Part shown: in pieces, positions 1 to 9,587 of the stretch
Position numbering within the stretch: the stretch's first letter is position 1
Layout of the letters: each line of letters begins with the position of its first letter
Origin: a virus
Reading direction: 5' to 3' (one strand)
DNA: 64,000 nt
Virus record (IMG/VR): IMGVR_UViG_3300043395_002349
Location: 1-64,000 of that record
The notes under the pieces: model-generated
Told to the model about the DNA's origin: nothing
The model's input: the letters and a program-made list of their open reading frames with translations, nothing else
The model's database searches: none
Made by a program: the position numbers and the translations under genes

Positions 1-2
1 AA

Positions 3-1415
3 CATTGCATCATCTAACAATGCTTCTTTTTGTAATTCTGCTTCTTCGTAAGTGAAATTAAGTATATTTTTATAAATCCAATCTTTAGAAATAACTTTGA
101 TTTGATCCATTTTTTGAATTAAATCCATCTTCATTGTCCAAAGATTTATTTTTTCTTGTTCGTAAATTACCGATGGTAAAGTTAATTGTAATTCAAAGTT
201 TGTTAATTCACTATCATCAATACCCTGTGAATATAAGTGAGCAATTGCAATCTTTTCTAAACCATCTACAATAATTCTTTGGAATCTTTCAATAGTTTTT
301 GCAAATCGCATATCCATTGCAGCTAATGTAGCTTTTGAATTACCATCTTCTAAATAACCTAAGTGTTGTTTAGGTATTTTTAATGCTGCAAACATTTTAT
401 TCTTTAAATAATCAATATCATCCATTGGTGCATACTCTAAACCATCTAAATTTGTGATTTCAGTACCACTATCACCACCTCTAACAGGTAAATAGAAATC
501 TTCCATTAAATTTTGAATATTATACTTTAAGTTATATTCACCTGTTGTTTGATTTACATATGGAGTTTTCTTTGATTTTTGAATTACCTTTTGGATATAG
601 CTATCAACTTCTCCTGCAGGAATACCACCAACATCTAATTTAAAAATTCTTTTTTGTGGTGCTCTTACAATTCTATGGATAATCATTGCATCTTCCATCA
701 ATGATATTTGTTTCCATAATCTTCTTGCACCTTCTAATAACGATTTACCATAAGGTAAAAAATTTGTATCAGTTAATAAACGGAAGTGAGCAATTTCATA
801 ATTCTCATATTCAGTTTTTTGACCTGCGGTATACAACGATTTAGTTGCTAATGGTGTGTGAACAAATTTAACTGCTTGCCAATTGTTTGGGTCAAATCCT
901 TCAACTCTTGTAATTTCATATACTGATAATACCTGTACACCTACGATACCTAAATTTTCGGCTATCTCTAAGTGTAAAAACATATCACCATATTTAACCA
1001 AACTTCTAACCCAAGGCCATAAGTTAAACTCTACATTCACAATATCGTAAAATAAATTATCTAAAATAGATTTAATATGTTCGTTATTAGTTTTAATTTC
1101 TAACACTCTACCATATTCATTTCTACTTGTAGCTTCATCTGCGTATATATCTAATGCTGAACAAACTATTGGATCGGCATCCATAGCATCGTAATCTCTA
1201 AATAATTCTTGTCTAATTTGTTGATACGCTAAATAATTCTCATAGGTATTATTCATAGCCGATGAGTGTAAACGCATATATCTATCTCTTAGATTTGTTG
1301 CGATTGCTTGCGTTTCATCAAAATCAATAACTCTTAATTTACCCCCAACGTTTCTAACCATTGTAGAGGTTGAAAAGAGTTTTTTTAACCTACCGTAAAA
1401 TGAAGTATCTGCCAT
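3..1415 (-). CDS. Portal vertex protein (T4 gp20-like), 3' end truncated by window edge
   Basis: Not in the ORF track. Manual translation from the ATG at 1415 gives MADTSFYGRLKKLF..., with gp20-family motifs ALDIYADE, LMEDAMIIHRIVRAPQKRIFKLDVG and EDFYLPVRGGDSGTEITNL. Lies just downstream of the terminase. Confidence 0.92.
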   Translation of the reverse strand, partial: MADTSFYGRLKKLFSTSTMVRNVGGKLRVIDFDETQAIATNLRDRYMRLHSSAMNNTYENYLAYQQIRQELFRDYDAMDADPIVCSALDIYADEATSRNEYGRVLEIKTNNEHIKSILDNLFYDIVNVEFNLWPWVRSLVKYGDMFLHLEIAENLGIVGVQVLSVYEITRVEGFDPNNWQAVKFVHTPLATKSLYTAGQKTEYENYEIAHFRLLTDTNFLPYGKSLLEGARRLWKQISLMEDAMIIHRIVRAPQKRIFKLDVGGIPAGEVDSYIQKVIQKSKKTPYVNQTTGEYNLKYNIQNLMEDFYLPVRGGDSGTEITNLDGLEYAPMDDIDYLKNKMFAALKIPKQHLGYLEDGNSKATLAAMDMRFAKTIERFQRIIVDGLEKIAIAHLYSQGIDDSELTNFELQLTLPSVIYEQEKINLWTMKMDLIQKMDQIKVISKDWIYKNILNFTYEEAELQKEALLDDAM

Positions 1416-1427
1416 ATTTTTATTTTA

Positions 1428-1931
1428 TTACCACTTTCTACAAGACCAATATCTTGCTTTTGTTTTTGGTCCTGGATTATCACAATTATGTCTAGCTCTA
1501 AAAGATTTTCTCCTTTCAGGATTTGACTTTTTTATTCTCATATTAGGATCACCAAAGTTTACTTTTACAACTCTTCCAGATGGATTCATTACATAAACTT
1601 TAAACTTCTTAACATCACCTTGCATTGGTTTATTAAGGGTTACTTTATGACCTTGATATTCTGCTTCTTCAATAACACTTTCATTATAAGCTTCTTTTTC
1701 TTTCATTTTGGTTTTTAGAAAAGAAATAAAATCTTCATAATCATATTGATTTTCTACATCATATTCATCTGTCCAATCATCATTTACATCTTCGTTTGTT
1801 GGTTGAGGATTAAATGCGTTTGCATATGGGTCAGAATATACTTTGCCTAATTCAAAGGTTTTTCCGCCAATTGTTGTGGATTTAATATTTGATAATCCAA
1901 AAAATTCTTTTAAAATTGATTTCTTCTTCAT
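1428..1931 (-). CDS. Conserved phage protein (DUF6321-like C-terminal domain)
   Basis: C-terminal KKFKVYV..VKVNFGD..RRKSFRARHNC..KARYWSCRKW block typical of T4-like/large phages; acidic N-terminal half. Confidence 0.6.
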   Translation of the reverse strand: MKKKSILKEFFGLSNIKSTTIGGKTFELGKVYSDPYANAFNPQPTNEDVNDDWTDEYDVENQYDYEDFISFLKTKMKEKEAYNESVIEEAEYQGHKVTLNKPMQGDVKKFKVYVMNPSGRVVKVNFGDPNMRIKKSNPERRKSFRARHNCDNPGPKTKARYWSCRKW

Positions 1932-1935
1932 AATA

Positions 1936-1943
1936 TATAAATA
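1936..1943 (-). promoter_or_regulatory. Putative late promoter TATTTATA
   Basis: Sense strand GATATTTATATATT-ATG; the same motif recurs before many structural genes. Confidence 0.6.
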
Positions 1944-1948
1944 TCAAT

Positions 1949-3535
1949 TTATCTAATAAGCCACCTTAAATCTTCAAAATCATCATTACCAACCTTCATT
2001 TGATATGGATTTTCTCTTAAATCACTTTGAGTATAAACAGGATTAAATTCAGTTTTTTGAAAACCACCTAATACTTGTCTATTCAAATCCATTCTTTCAT
2101 TTCTTAATCTTAATGCAGTATCTCTCACCCATAATCCGATACCTAATGCCATACAAAGGTCATCATTATATCCCTTTGCTGCGGTTGCTCTACCATTTTC
2201 CCAAATGAAAGTAAACAATTCATCTATCGTTCTTTTATCTCTAACAATTAATGATTTGTCTTTCATATATTGATCTATTTTAGATACAATCATAGGACGA
2301 GTTTTTGTAGTAATAGTAAATCCAGGTATCATTTGTTTTTGTTCTCTATACCATTTGTTTGTCCATTGAGTATCTACATCAACATACTGAACATCTCTAC
2401 TACTCCAAAATAAATTTTTATAATCTCTATCTAATATTTGTTGAATTGTAGCCCATCCAATATTTGCATTATCTACAATTAAAACTGCATCGTTATATTC
2501 AACTGAAAATGCAATTAACATATTACCGAAATCAACAGGTTCTATTTTACCTTTGTAACTAACAACCTGCTCACAACTTTCAACATCTATAATATGAAAT
2601 GCCGAATAGTCTTCACCATCACCTCTCGCAACATCTGCTGTAACAACATAACTTCTATTATAATCCGGTCTTTTCCAAATCCAAACGTTACCATCAAATC
2701 CTCTTTTATCAATTGGTTCTGTAACATTATTATCCATATACCATTGAAGAATTTCACCATCAATAACATTTGCACCTGAAGATATAAAATCACAATCACA
2801 TTCCTGTGCCGCTTGTTTTACACCTAATTGCTGTGTTTGTTCATCTCTCCATTGTTGATTTCTATCAGGGTGAACTGTCCAGTGTAATTTAATGGTATTA
2901 AATAAATTTTCACCATTTTCAGCACCCACCCACATTCTATGAAACCAATTACCTACACCATTAGGAGTTGAAAGTGCAATACAGTCACCACCCGTTGCCA
3001 ATGTCAACTGAGCCGCTGTCCAAATCTCATCAATATAATCAATGAATGCTGCTTCATCAAATACTAATAGGGATAATGCTTCAGAACGACCAGAGTCTGG
3101 TTTAGAAGATACTGCTTTTACTTGTGAACCATTTTTAAAACGTAATGAAAGTTTGTTATCTTCTTGCTCCGAAACTCTTAACCATACAGGTAAAAGTTGG
3201 TTCATTGTTCTAACTTTTAATACTAAGTTTTTTGCTACTTCTTGTTTGTTAGCAATAATAAGAACGTTAAAATCTTCATTAAATATCATCTTCCAAAGTG
3301 CGTAACCAGCTACTAAGGTTGAAATACCTAACTGACGTGATTTTAGAACAATATTATATCTGTGTGAGGCGAAATCTGCTAAAGCGTCTTCCTGAAACGG
3401 ATATAACTCAAATGGTATTTTTCCTCTGATTGGATGTTGAATTTTACAATATTTTTTCATGAAGTATATCGGGTCTGCCGCACACTTCTGATATTGTTCT
3501 CTAATTACATCTTTTAAAGATTTTTGATTATCCAT
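1949..3535 (-). CDS. terL: Terminase large subunit (T4 gp17-like)
   Basis: LYPFQ Q-motif, Walker A KSRQLGIST, Walker B LLVFDEAAF, coupling motif STPNG, RNase H-like nuclease ADVARGDGEDYS and NDDLCMA; next to the portal. Confidence 0.95.
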   Translation of the reverse strand: MDNQKSLKDVIREQYQKCAADPIYFMKKYCKIQHPIRGKIPFELYPFQEDALADFASHRYNIVLKSRQLGISTLVAGYALWKMIFNEDFNVLIIANKQEVAKNLVLKVRTMNQLLPVWLRVSEQEDNKLSLRFKNGSQVKAVSSKPDSGRSEALSLLVFDEAAFIDYIDEIWTAAQLTLATGGDCIALSTPNGVGNWFHRMWVGAENGENLFNTIKLHWTVHPDRNQQWRDEQTQQLGVKQAAQECDCDFISSGANVIDGEILQWYMDNNVTEPIDKRGFDGNVWIWKRPDYNRSYVVTADVARGDGEDYSAFHIIDVESCEQVVSYKGKIEPVDFGNMLIAFSVEYNDAVLIVDNANIGWATIQQILDRDYKNLFWSSRDVQYVDVDTQWTNKWYREQKQMIPGFTITTKTRPMIVSKIDQYMKDKSLIVRDKRTIDELFTFIWENGRATAAKGYNDDLCMALGIGLWVRDTALRLRNERMDLNRQVLGGFQKTEFNPVYTQSDLRENPYQMKVGNDDFEDLRWLIR

Positions 3536-4176
3536 TATTTTTTTAATCTAATTTTCCAATATACACCGGCACCTACATATGGTGAAAGTTTACCATTAGT
3601 TCCATCTATTGTTCTGTTAGCAACACCTACTCCTAAATGGAATAATTTATCAGATTTGGTATTAATCATTATACCTGTTCCCATATGAGAAACAACATCC
3701 GCTTTATTAAATCCACCTTCTATACCAACAAACAATTTGGCTTTAGGTAATTCTTTAACAATTGTAGTATGTTCAACTAATCTTTCTTTAACTTTTGCGT
3801 TGAAAGTTCTTCCTAAAATTTGATTTTTAGTAATCGTATCGGTTAATGCTACAAAGCCCAGTCCATCTGGTAAATGCAATGTATCTTTGTAAATATTTTT
3901 AGCAAAATAATCTTTTAAAATAGATAATGTATCTACATTTGCCAATTTAACTAATGTATCATGTACAATTGTTTCATGATAAATATCAGCACCTTTTTTT
4001 GTTACAACTTTAGTTTTTTCTATTTCTGTTGTATCATGTATTTCTTTAATAATTTCATATCGTTTACCATCAACTACGGTTGTTTTTCCGATATTAATTT
4101 TGCCGGCTTTCATTTGATACAAAAAGAAAGCTATAAATCCTACTAATAGAATGTTCTTAATTGTTGAAAATTTCAT
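3535..4176 (-). CDS. Membrane-anchored protein, possible spanin-like lysis accessory
   Basis: N-terminal hydrophobic anchor ILLVGFIAFFLY, five D-T-[LIT] motifs, Gly/aromatic beta-strand-like C-terminus ending GVYWKIRLKK. Confidence 0.45.
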   Translation of the reverse strand: MKFSTIKNILLVGFIAFFLYQMKAGKINIGKTTVVDGKRYEIIKEIHDTTEIEKTKVVTKKGADIYHETIVHDTLVKLANVDTLSILKDYFAKNIYKDTLHLPDGLGFVALTDTITKNQILGRTFNAKVKERLVEHTTIVKELPKAKLFVGIEGGFNKADVVSHMGTGIMINTKSDKLFHLGVGVANRTIDGTNGKLSPYVGAGVYWKIRLKK

Positions 4177-4822
4177 TGTATTTCTCCTTTATTATTTCCC
4201 AATCCTCATCTACTGCGGTTTGGAATTTGTTTATAATTTCAGATATATCTGTTATATCTTGTTCTAAATCTTTTCTAATTTTAGTTGTGTTTTCATTAAA
4301 CTCCCATTTCTCAATACTACCATCTTCATTTACAAATTGTGGTAATGTATCTAAATCTTTTAGTGCTTGTTCAAATCTTGCTTTTTCATCTTTTAATTTT
4401 CCTAATCCTACTGAGTTCATTTTCCAATATTCATAATTTTCATATAAACCCACTTCTCTCATTTTTGCTTCTCTTTTAACTAAACAATTTATACAAAATC
4501 CAGTTTGTCTGATAAATCTTAAGTTTGCTCCCTTTGCTCTACCGATTAAATCACAATCATTTCCTTTACAAGTTGAAATTTTATCTAAAAATTCTCTTGC
4601 TTCATCATATTTTGTAACACTAACTATAAATCCTTCTCTTTGTTCCCATTCTTTACCATCACTATCTGTCCATCTTTCACCAACTTCTCTTTTCTTTTTT
4701 ATTTCACCTTCATAACCAAAAGTACTTTTAGTATAAGTTCCATTCATTACATCTAAAACTTTTCTTCTACTTGGATGAATCCAGGTTTTCTTATCTTTGT
4801 TACCTTTACTTTTAATTAACAT
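4157..4822 (-). CDS. Hypothetical protein with Cys motifs
   Basis: 221-aa ORF with CKGNDC and FCINC, preceded by a TATTTATA box. Confidence 0.6.
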   Translation of the reverse strand: MLIKSKGNKDKKTWIHPSRRKVLDVMNGTYTKSTFGYEGEIKKKREVGERWTDSDGKEWEQREGFIVSVTKYDEAREFLDKISTCKGNDCDLIGRAKGANLRFIRQTGFCINCLVKREAKMREVGLYENYEYWKMNSVGLGKLKDEKARFEQALKDLDTLPQFVNEDGSIEKWEFNENTTKIRKDLEQDITDISEIINKFQTAVDEDWEIIKEKYNEIFNN

Positions 4823-4836
4823 ATTTTATCTTTATA

Positions 4837-4844
4837 TATAAATA
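4837..4844 (-). promoter_or_regulatory. Putative late promoter TATTTATA
   Basis: Intergenic, 14 nt before the ATG at 4822. Confidence 0.6.
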
Positions 4845-4851
4845 TATATTT

Positions 4852-7800
4852 TTATCGGCTAAACTTAAAAATACCGAGTATCTGATTTAAAGGGGCAAAT
4901 GCACCCGTTAATTTATAGGTATTTCCTTTGTAAAAGAATACCAATCCTTCATTTGGCACAATTTTTTCAAATCCTCCAATTGCATTTAATCTCGCTAATT
5001 CTTTTTCCAATTTTTTTATTTGAGTTATAGTACCACCATTCATAATTTGTTGTGCTGTACTTTCTAATGATTTTCGCATAGATTGCAATGCACTGTCAGG
5101 ATTTGCAGTTAATACTGAACCCATAAATGATAATACTTCTGCACCTACTCCTAAAAAGATATCTTCAAACTTTCTTAAATTACCTGCCATAATTGTAGTT
5201 TTAACACCTTTATCAATACCTTCTGCCCATTCTCTAGCTTTATTATCTTTTATATTTGCTATTCTAAAATTTTTATCATCAAATGCCCATCTTTTAATTA
5301 ACCCGGCTCTTTCAACTCCATCTATATTTTTTTTAGATTTAGTTATAAAATTATCCCACCAAGCCTGATGATAATCGGCTACACCATCATTATCTTTCAA
5401 ACTGAACTCTTTTTGAAGTTTACTTATCATTCCAATAAACTTTCCTTTTTTAGATGCCAATTCTTTATTTTTAGGTAATGTTGTAATTGGTGGTCCTTGT
5501 ATTGTATATTTTGATTGAATATGTGCATTAATTTGTTTTATCATTCCTGCTAATACACTTTCACCCCCATCTACTTTTCCAATTGCATTTCCACTTTCGT
5601 TATACTCAACTACGTTATGGAATACTAAAAGATTTTGTCCATACGGAATTACATTTGCATTTTCAGGATATATTACTTCTAAGTTTACAAAACATTTTCC
5701 GTTTTTAAATATTTTTTCTTTTTGTTTATCTGATAATCCTCTAATTGCGTTTTCCAAATCTTTTACTGCGAAAGAATATGCATCACTCAATGCACCTCTA
5801 CCACCGAATTTTGCACCTAATTGTGCCGCATCCATAGCACCTGCACCTGCATTTGCTAAATGTGATTTATTTCTTGCTGCAATCAATCTACCATTTTTCC
5901 AACTTACAGCCAATGCTTGTCCATCGGTTTTTTCTCTAACTATACCCAAATCTCCACTTAATGCACCATTTACTATATTTTTTAAATCACCAAATGTTAA
6001 ATTCATTTGAATATCAAATGGATGGTTCATATGACCGTATGCGCCACCTTCTAATATTAATCCTTCATCTACTTTTCTAAATGTAGTTGCTTGTTTACCA
6101 TTAATTGTTGGCATTCCATGTTGATCCTTACCTAAATCTTTTACAATAACTTTTTTGTTTTTGAATTTACCCATAAGGATTTCATCACCTTTATCTACAT
6201 CTACATTAATATCTTCTTCTATTTCAGTTATTACTTCATTTTGTTGTTGTGGCTTATCCCAATCATCTTCGTGTATCTTTCCATCTTCTTTATCATTATT
6301 ATAATCTTGTATTGCATTTTCCCAAACATCAGCAGGTATTTCACCTTCTTTCATCTGTTGTGCAAAATACAATGTAAACCATTCAATATATTTTTCATTA
6401 TCACCTTCCATTTCAGTTCCGGCAAATAATGCTGCTTTACCTATTCCACCTAATGCTAATTCTCCGGCAATATGTTCTGCTAAATGTCCACCCAAATGAC
6501 CTATAAATGTTGCTGCACCATGTCCTATTCCAGGACCCAATGCTACACCCAATGCACTTAGTGCTACTTGTTTTCCTAATGTTTTAAGTGCATCCTTTTG
6601 TCTATCATCTAATTGTTTTCCACTAAATAAATTTGCAATACCTTCACCCGCACTTCCATAAACATGTCCTAAATGTTGCATTTCTTTTTTAATTGATGGT
6701 AAAATGCCTTTTATTTTTGCATTAATAGTTTCACCAATACTTCGTCTAGTATTTGAATTTGGTTTTTGTTCTCCATTTCTAAAAAATGAACGTTCTTTTT
6801 CACTCCATTTTTTAATATTATTTTTAATTGCTTTTTTAACAATTTCTGGATTTTGTATAGCTTTGGTAACAACTTTTCCTACTCCCGCCGTTCTTGCATC
6901 TTTTTCTTTTGTAGATGTTGGTTGAATTCCTTGTGGTGTTTCTGTGTTTGCGTCTGCTGCTTTTGCTTGTACACCAATATCTTGTGCAAATTGATTAGAT
7001 ACGTTTACTAATTCTTCAATTGGCATATCTATCACTCTAACATTCATGTTTGCAGGTCTACCACTTGCTATTTCATGTGAGGTAACGGCTGCCCATCTAT
7101 GATGTCCATCTAATACATAACCATCTGAACTTACATAAATTGGTGCAGTTATACCTGGATGATTTGGATTTGCTTCCAATGCTTTTGTCATACCGGCTAC
7201 CTTTGCACCAACTAATTCTGTTTGTGTTGCTTTTAATTGATCTGCTGGTACTGATGTTGGTTCTGATACTTTAATACCCTTATCTTCTAACATTTTCTTA
7301 AATAATGCTTCGGTATCTACTTCACCATCTTTATCTTTTGGTAATTTATCTGCTTCTGAACCTGGTGTTGGTTTACCTTTAAATTGAGGCATTTTGGCTC
7401 TTTCAATTCCTTTGTTACCACCACAATATAAATTTGTACCGGGAATAGTAATTTGACAAAGATTAAAATTAGGTGCTTTTTCACCCTTTTCTTTTGCATC
7501 TTTTGCTGCTTGCGCTAATTGATCTATTTTGATAGATACTTCTTTTTGTTGCTTTGGTGTTATTTTATCAATATCTGATTTAGTACTTACATTAAAAGAA
7601 GGTATATCTTTTTTAACTTTATCCAAAGGAACATTTTGTTGAACAGGTTGTTGTGGTTGTCCTGCTCCTGGTTGAACCTTAGATGGTTGTTTAGGTTTGT
7701 TATTTGTAGGAACTACTGGCTGTTGTGCTTGTCCTCTATTTTGTATTGAGGGTTTTGCTTGCGTTGGTGCTGCCGTATGTTGTTTTGCAGCTGCCGTTTT

Positions 7801-9564
7801 CTTTATAGCAACAGGATGTTTTTGTTTACCTACTCTTTTCGATGGTAAATTTTTGTTTACTTGCCTTACTAATTTTATTGCCGCTTGATATGCAGGATGT
7901 TGTTTAGGATAATTTAATGCTGAACGAACTTTTACCATTTCGCCCGTTTCAGGATTTTTTACCATTTGGTCTAATGTTTTTTCATCATACCCACTACCTT
8001 TTACACTTGCTTCATCAATATCTTCCTTTGTATAAGGTCTATATAAATTAAGATTAACTTCAGGTTGTTCTTCTTCGCCAGGTGGGAATAGGTGACTTCC
8101 TATATTTCCACCAACAGATTTATGTTTTAGTGCTAACTGAGCTCTTAAAATTCTAACTGCTTCTTGTCTTGCAAAATCATCCACAGGTTGTTTAAGTGCT
8201 TGTCTTATTGTCATTTTTCTACCGGTTGCAGGATCAGCAAATTCAAAATCTAAAATATTTTCAAAATCCGTATCATCCGGTTGGTACATTGGATTTTCTT
8301 CTGTAATTTCTTTTGGATTTTCTATTTTTGCTAATTTATCATAATACATTAAATCTTCCGCAATATGATCTTTTGCTATTTCAGCTGCTAACTTAATATC
8401 AGAAGTGTGCTCTAATTCAATTTTAATACCTTTTTTAAGTTCTTCTTTTACTGTTTCTAATACATTTCTATAATCGTAGTAATCTCCTGAATATTTCTTT
8501 GCAATATCTATCAATGTTAAATTATCTGCTTTACCACCTGGAATATTATTAGTATTACTTATATTAATATTGGTATTTTCTTCTCTTTTCTTTTTGTTTT
8601 TCTTTGCAGAGGGTGCACCGTTTATATATCCCTGTGGTGAAGTTAAACCAATAAAAGCACCGCCAGGTAATCCTTCACTTAAATTTTTAAGATGTGTTAA
8701 ATCATTATTAGATATTTTATTTTTTACAATATTTTTTATATCTTTTGGATTAGGATTTTTAAGTGCTTTTTTAACATCAGAATCGTTTTTTAGTTTATTA
8801 ACAATTCTTTTGACATCACTATTATTTTTATGTTGTTTCCACCAATTTTTTATTTTTGCTACTATACCACCACTCATTAAATAGCTACCCAATGCACCTA
8901 TACTTAATCCAACCCCACCTTGTATTATAGCCAAAATTAATGCATCCAATACATCAAATGATTCGTTTATAACATTTTCATTTAATTTATTATCCAACGT
9001 GTTGTAAATTGTACTATCATATTTACCAAAAAATCTTTCAAACTCAGAATGTTTCTTTTTATCACCCAACCTTTTATTACGGAACATATTTCTAATATCC
9101 GTTGCTCCAAATGAATTTGATGGTAATTGAGTATAAACATATGCTTCTACTCCATATGGTTTCATCTTATTATCACCTTTATATGGTTTAAAGTATGCAC
9201 CACCTAATCTACTATTATCCTTTTCACCAACCGCTACAATTAATGCTGTTGTTTTTTCATCGTAATCTCTTAGTATTTCTATCGGTTGGTATGGATTTTT
9301 TACTTTTATAAATTTAGAAGATGGAATACCAAATAGTTTAGTTGCAATTTGTTTCTTTTCGTTAAAACTTAATGGAGATTTATCACTATCTTGTACATCA
9401 GATGATGCAATATATACATTTTTAGAACCAAATTTAGACACTAATGCATCATAAACTTTTTTATGTCCTTTATGAAATGGTTGAAATCTTCCACCATAAA
9501 CTATAACCTTATCTTTTACAGCATCTTTTAATACTGCTTCTACAATTTGATTTACTAATTCCAT
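4852..9564 (-). CDS. 1570-aa multidomain protein: HxGH nucleotidyltransferase + DUF5661-like + ParB/Srx-like + C-terminal ligase-like nucleotidyltransferase
   Basis: GGRFQPFHKGH; ELKKGIKIELEHT..IAKDHI..YYDKL; PIYVSSDGYVLDGHHRWAA; EGGAYGHMNHPFD..EKTDGQ..NEGLVF..YKL. Confidence 0.7.
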   Translation of the reverse strand: MELVNQIVEAVLKDAVKDKVIVYGGRFQPFHKGHKKVYDALVSKFGSKNVYIASSDVQDSDKSPLSFNEKKQIATKLFGIPSSKFIKVKNPYQPIEILRDYDEKTTALIVAVGEKDNSRLGGAYFKPYKGDNKMKPYGVEAYVYTQLPSNSFGATDIRNMFRNKRLGDKKKHSEFERFFGKYDSTIYNTLDNKLNENVINESFDVLDALILAIIQGGVGLSIGALGSYLMSGGIVAKIKNWWKQHKNNSDVKRIVNKLKNDSDVKKALKNPNPKDIKNIVKNKISNNDLTHLKNLSEGLPGGAFIGLTSPQGYINGAPSAKKNKKKREENTNINISNTNNIPGGKADNLTLIDIAKKYSGDYYDYRNVLETVKEELKKGIKIELEHTSDIKLAAEIAKDHIAEDLMYYDKLAKIENPKEITEENPMYQPDDTDFENILDFEFADPATGRKMTIRQALKQPVDDFARQEAVRILRAQLALKHKSVGGNIGSHLFPPGEEEQPEVNLNLYRPYTKEDIDEASVKGSGYDEKTLDQMVKNPETGEMVKVRSALNYPKQHPAYQAAIKLVRQVNKNLPSKRVGKQKHPVAIKKTAAAKQHTAAPTQAKPSIQNRGQAQQPVVPTNNKPKQPSKVQPGAGQPQQPVQQNVPLDKVKKDIPSFNVSTKSDIDKITPKQQKEVSIKIDQLAQAAKDAKEKGEKAPNFNLCQITIPGTNLYCGGNKGIERAKMPQFKGKPTPGSEADKLPKDKDGEVDTEALFKKMLEDKGIKVSEPTSVPADQLKATQTELVGAKVAGMTKALEANPNHPGITAPIYVSSDGYVLDGHHRWAAVTSHEIASGRPANMNVRVIDMPIEELVNVSNQFAQDIGVQAKAADANTETPQGIQPTSTKEKDARTAGVGKVVTKAIQNPEIVKKAIKNNIKKWSEKERSFFRNGEQKPNSNTRRSIGETINAKIKGILPSIKKEMQHLGHVYGSAGEGIANLFSGKQLDDRQKDALKTLGKQVALSALGVALGPGIGHGAATFIGHLGGHLAEHIAGELALGGIGKAALFAGTEMEGDNEKYIEWFTLYFAQQMKEGEIPADVWENAIQDYNNDKEDGKIHEDDWDKPQQQNEVITEIEEDINVDVDKGDEILMGKFKNKKVIVKDLGKDQHGMPTINGKQATTFRKVDEGLILEGGAYGHMNHPFDIQMNLTFGDLKNIVNGALSGDLGIVREKTDGQALAVSWKNGRLIAARNKSHLANAGAGAMDAAQLGAKFGGRGALSDAYSFAVKDLENAIRGLSDKQKEKIFKNGKCFVNLEVIYPENANVIPYGQNLLVFHNVVEYNESGNAIGKVDGGESVLAGMIKQINAHIQSKYTIQGPPITTLPKNKELASKKGKFIGMISKLQKEFSLKDNDGVADYHQAWWDNFITKSKKNIDGVERAGLIKRWAFDDKNFRIANIKDNKAREWAEGIDKGVKTTIMAGNLRKFEDIFLGVGAEVLSFMGSVLTANPDSALQSMRKSLESTAQQIMNGGTITQIKKLEKELARLNAIGGFEKIVPNEGLVFFYKGNTYKLTGAFAPLNQILGIFKFSR

Positions 9565-9567
9565 ACT

Positions 9568-9575
9568 AATAAATA
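9568..9575 (-). promoter_or_regulatory. Putative late promoter TATTTATT
   Basis: 3 nt before the ATG of the 1570-aa gene. Confidence 0.55.
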
Positions 9576-9587
9576 TATGATTACAAT

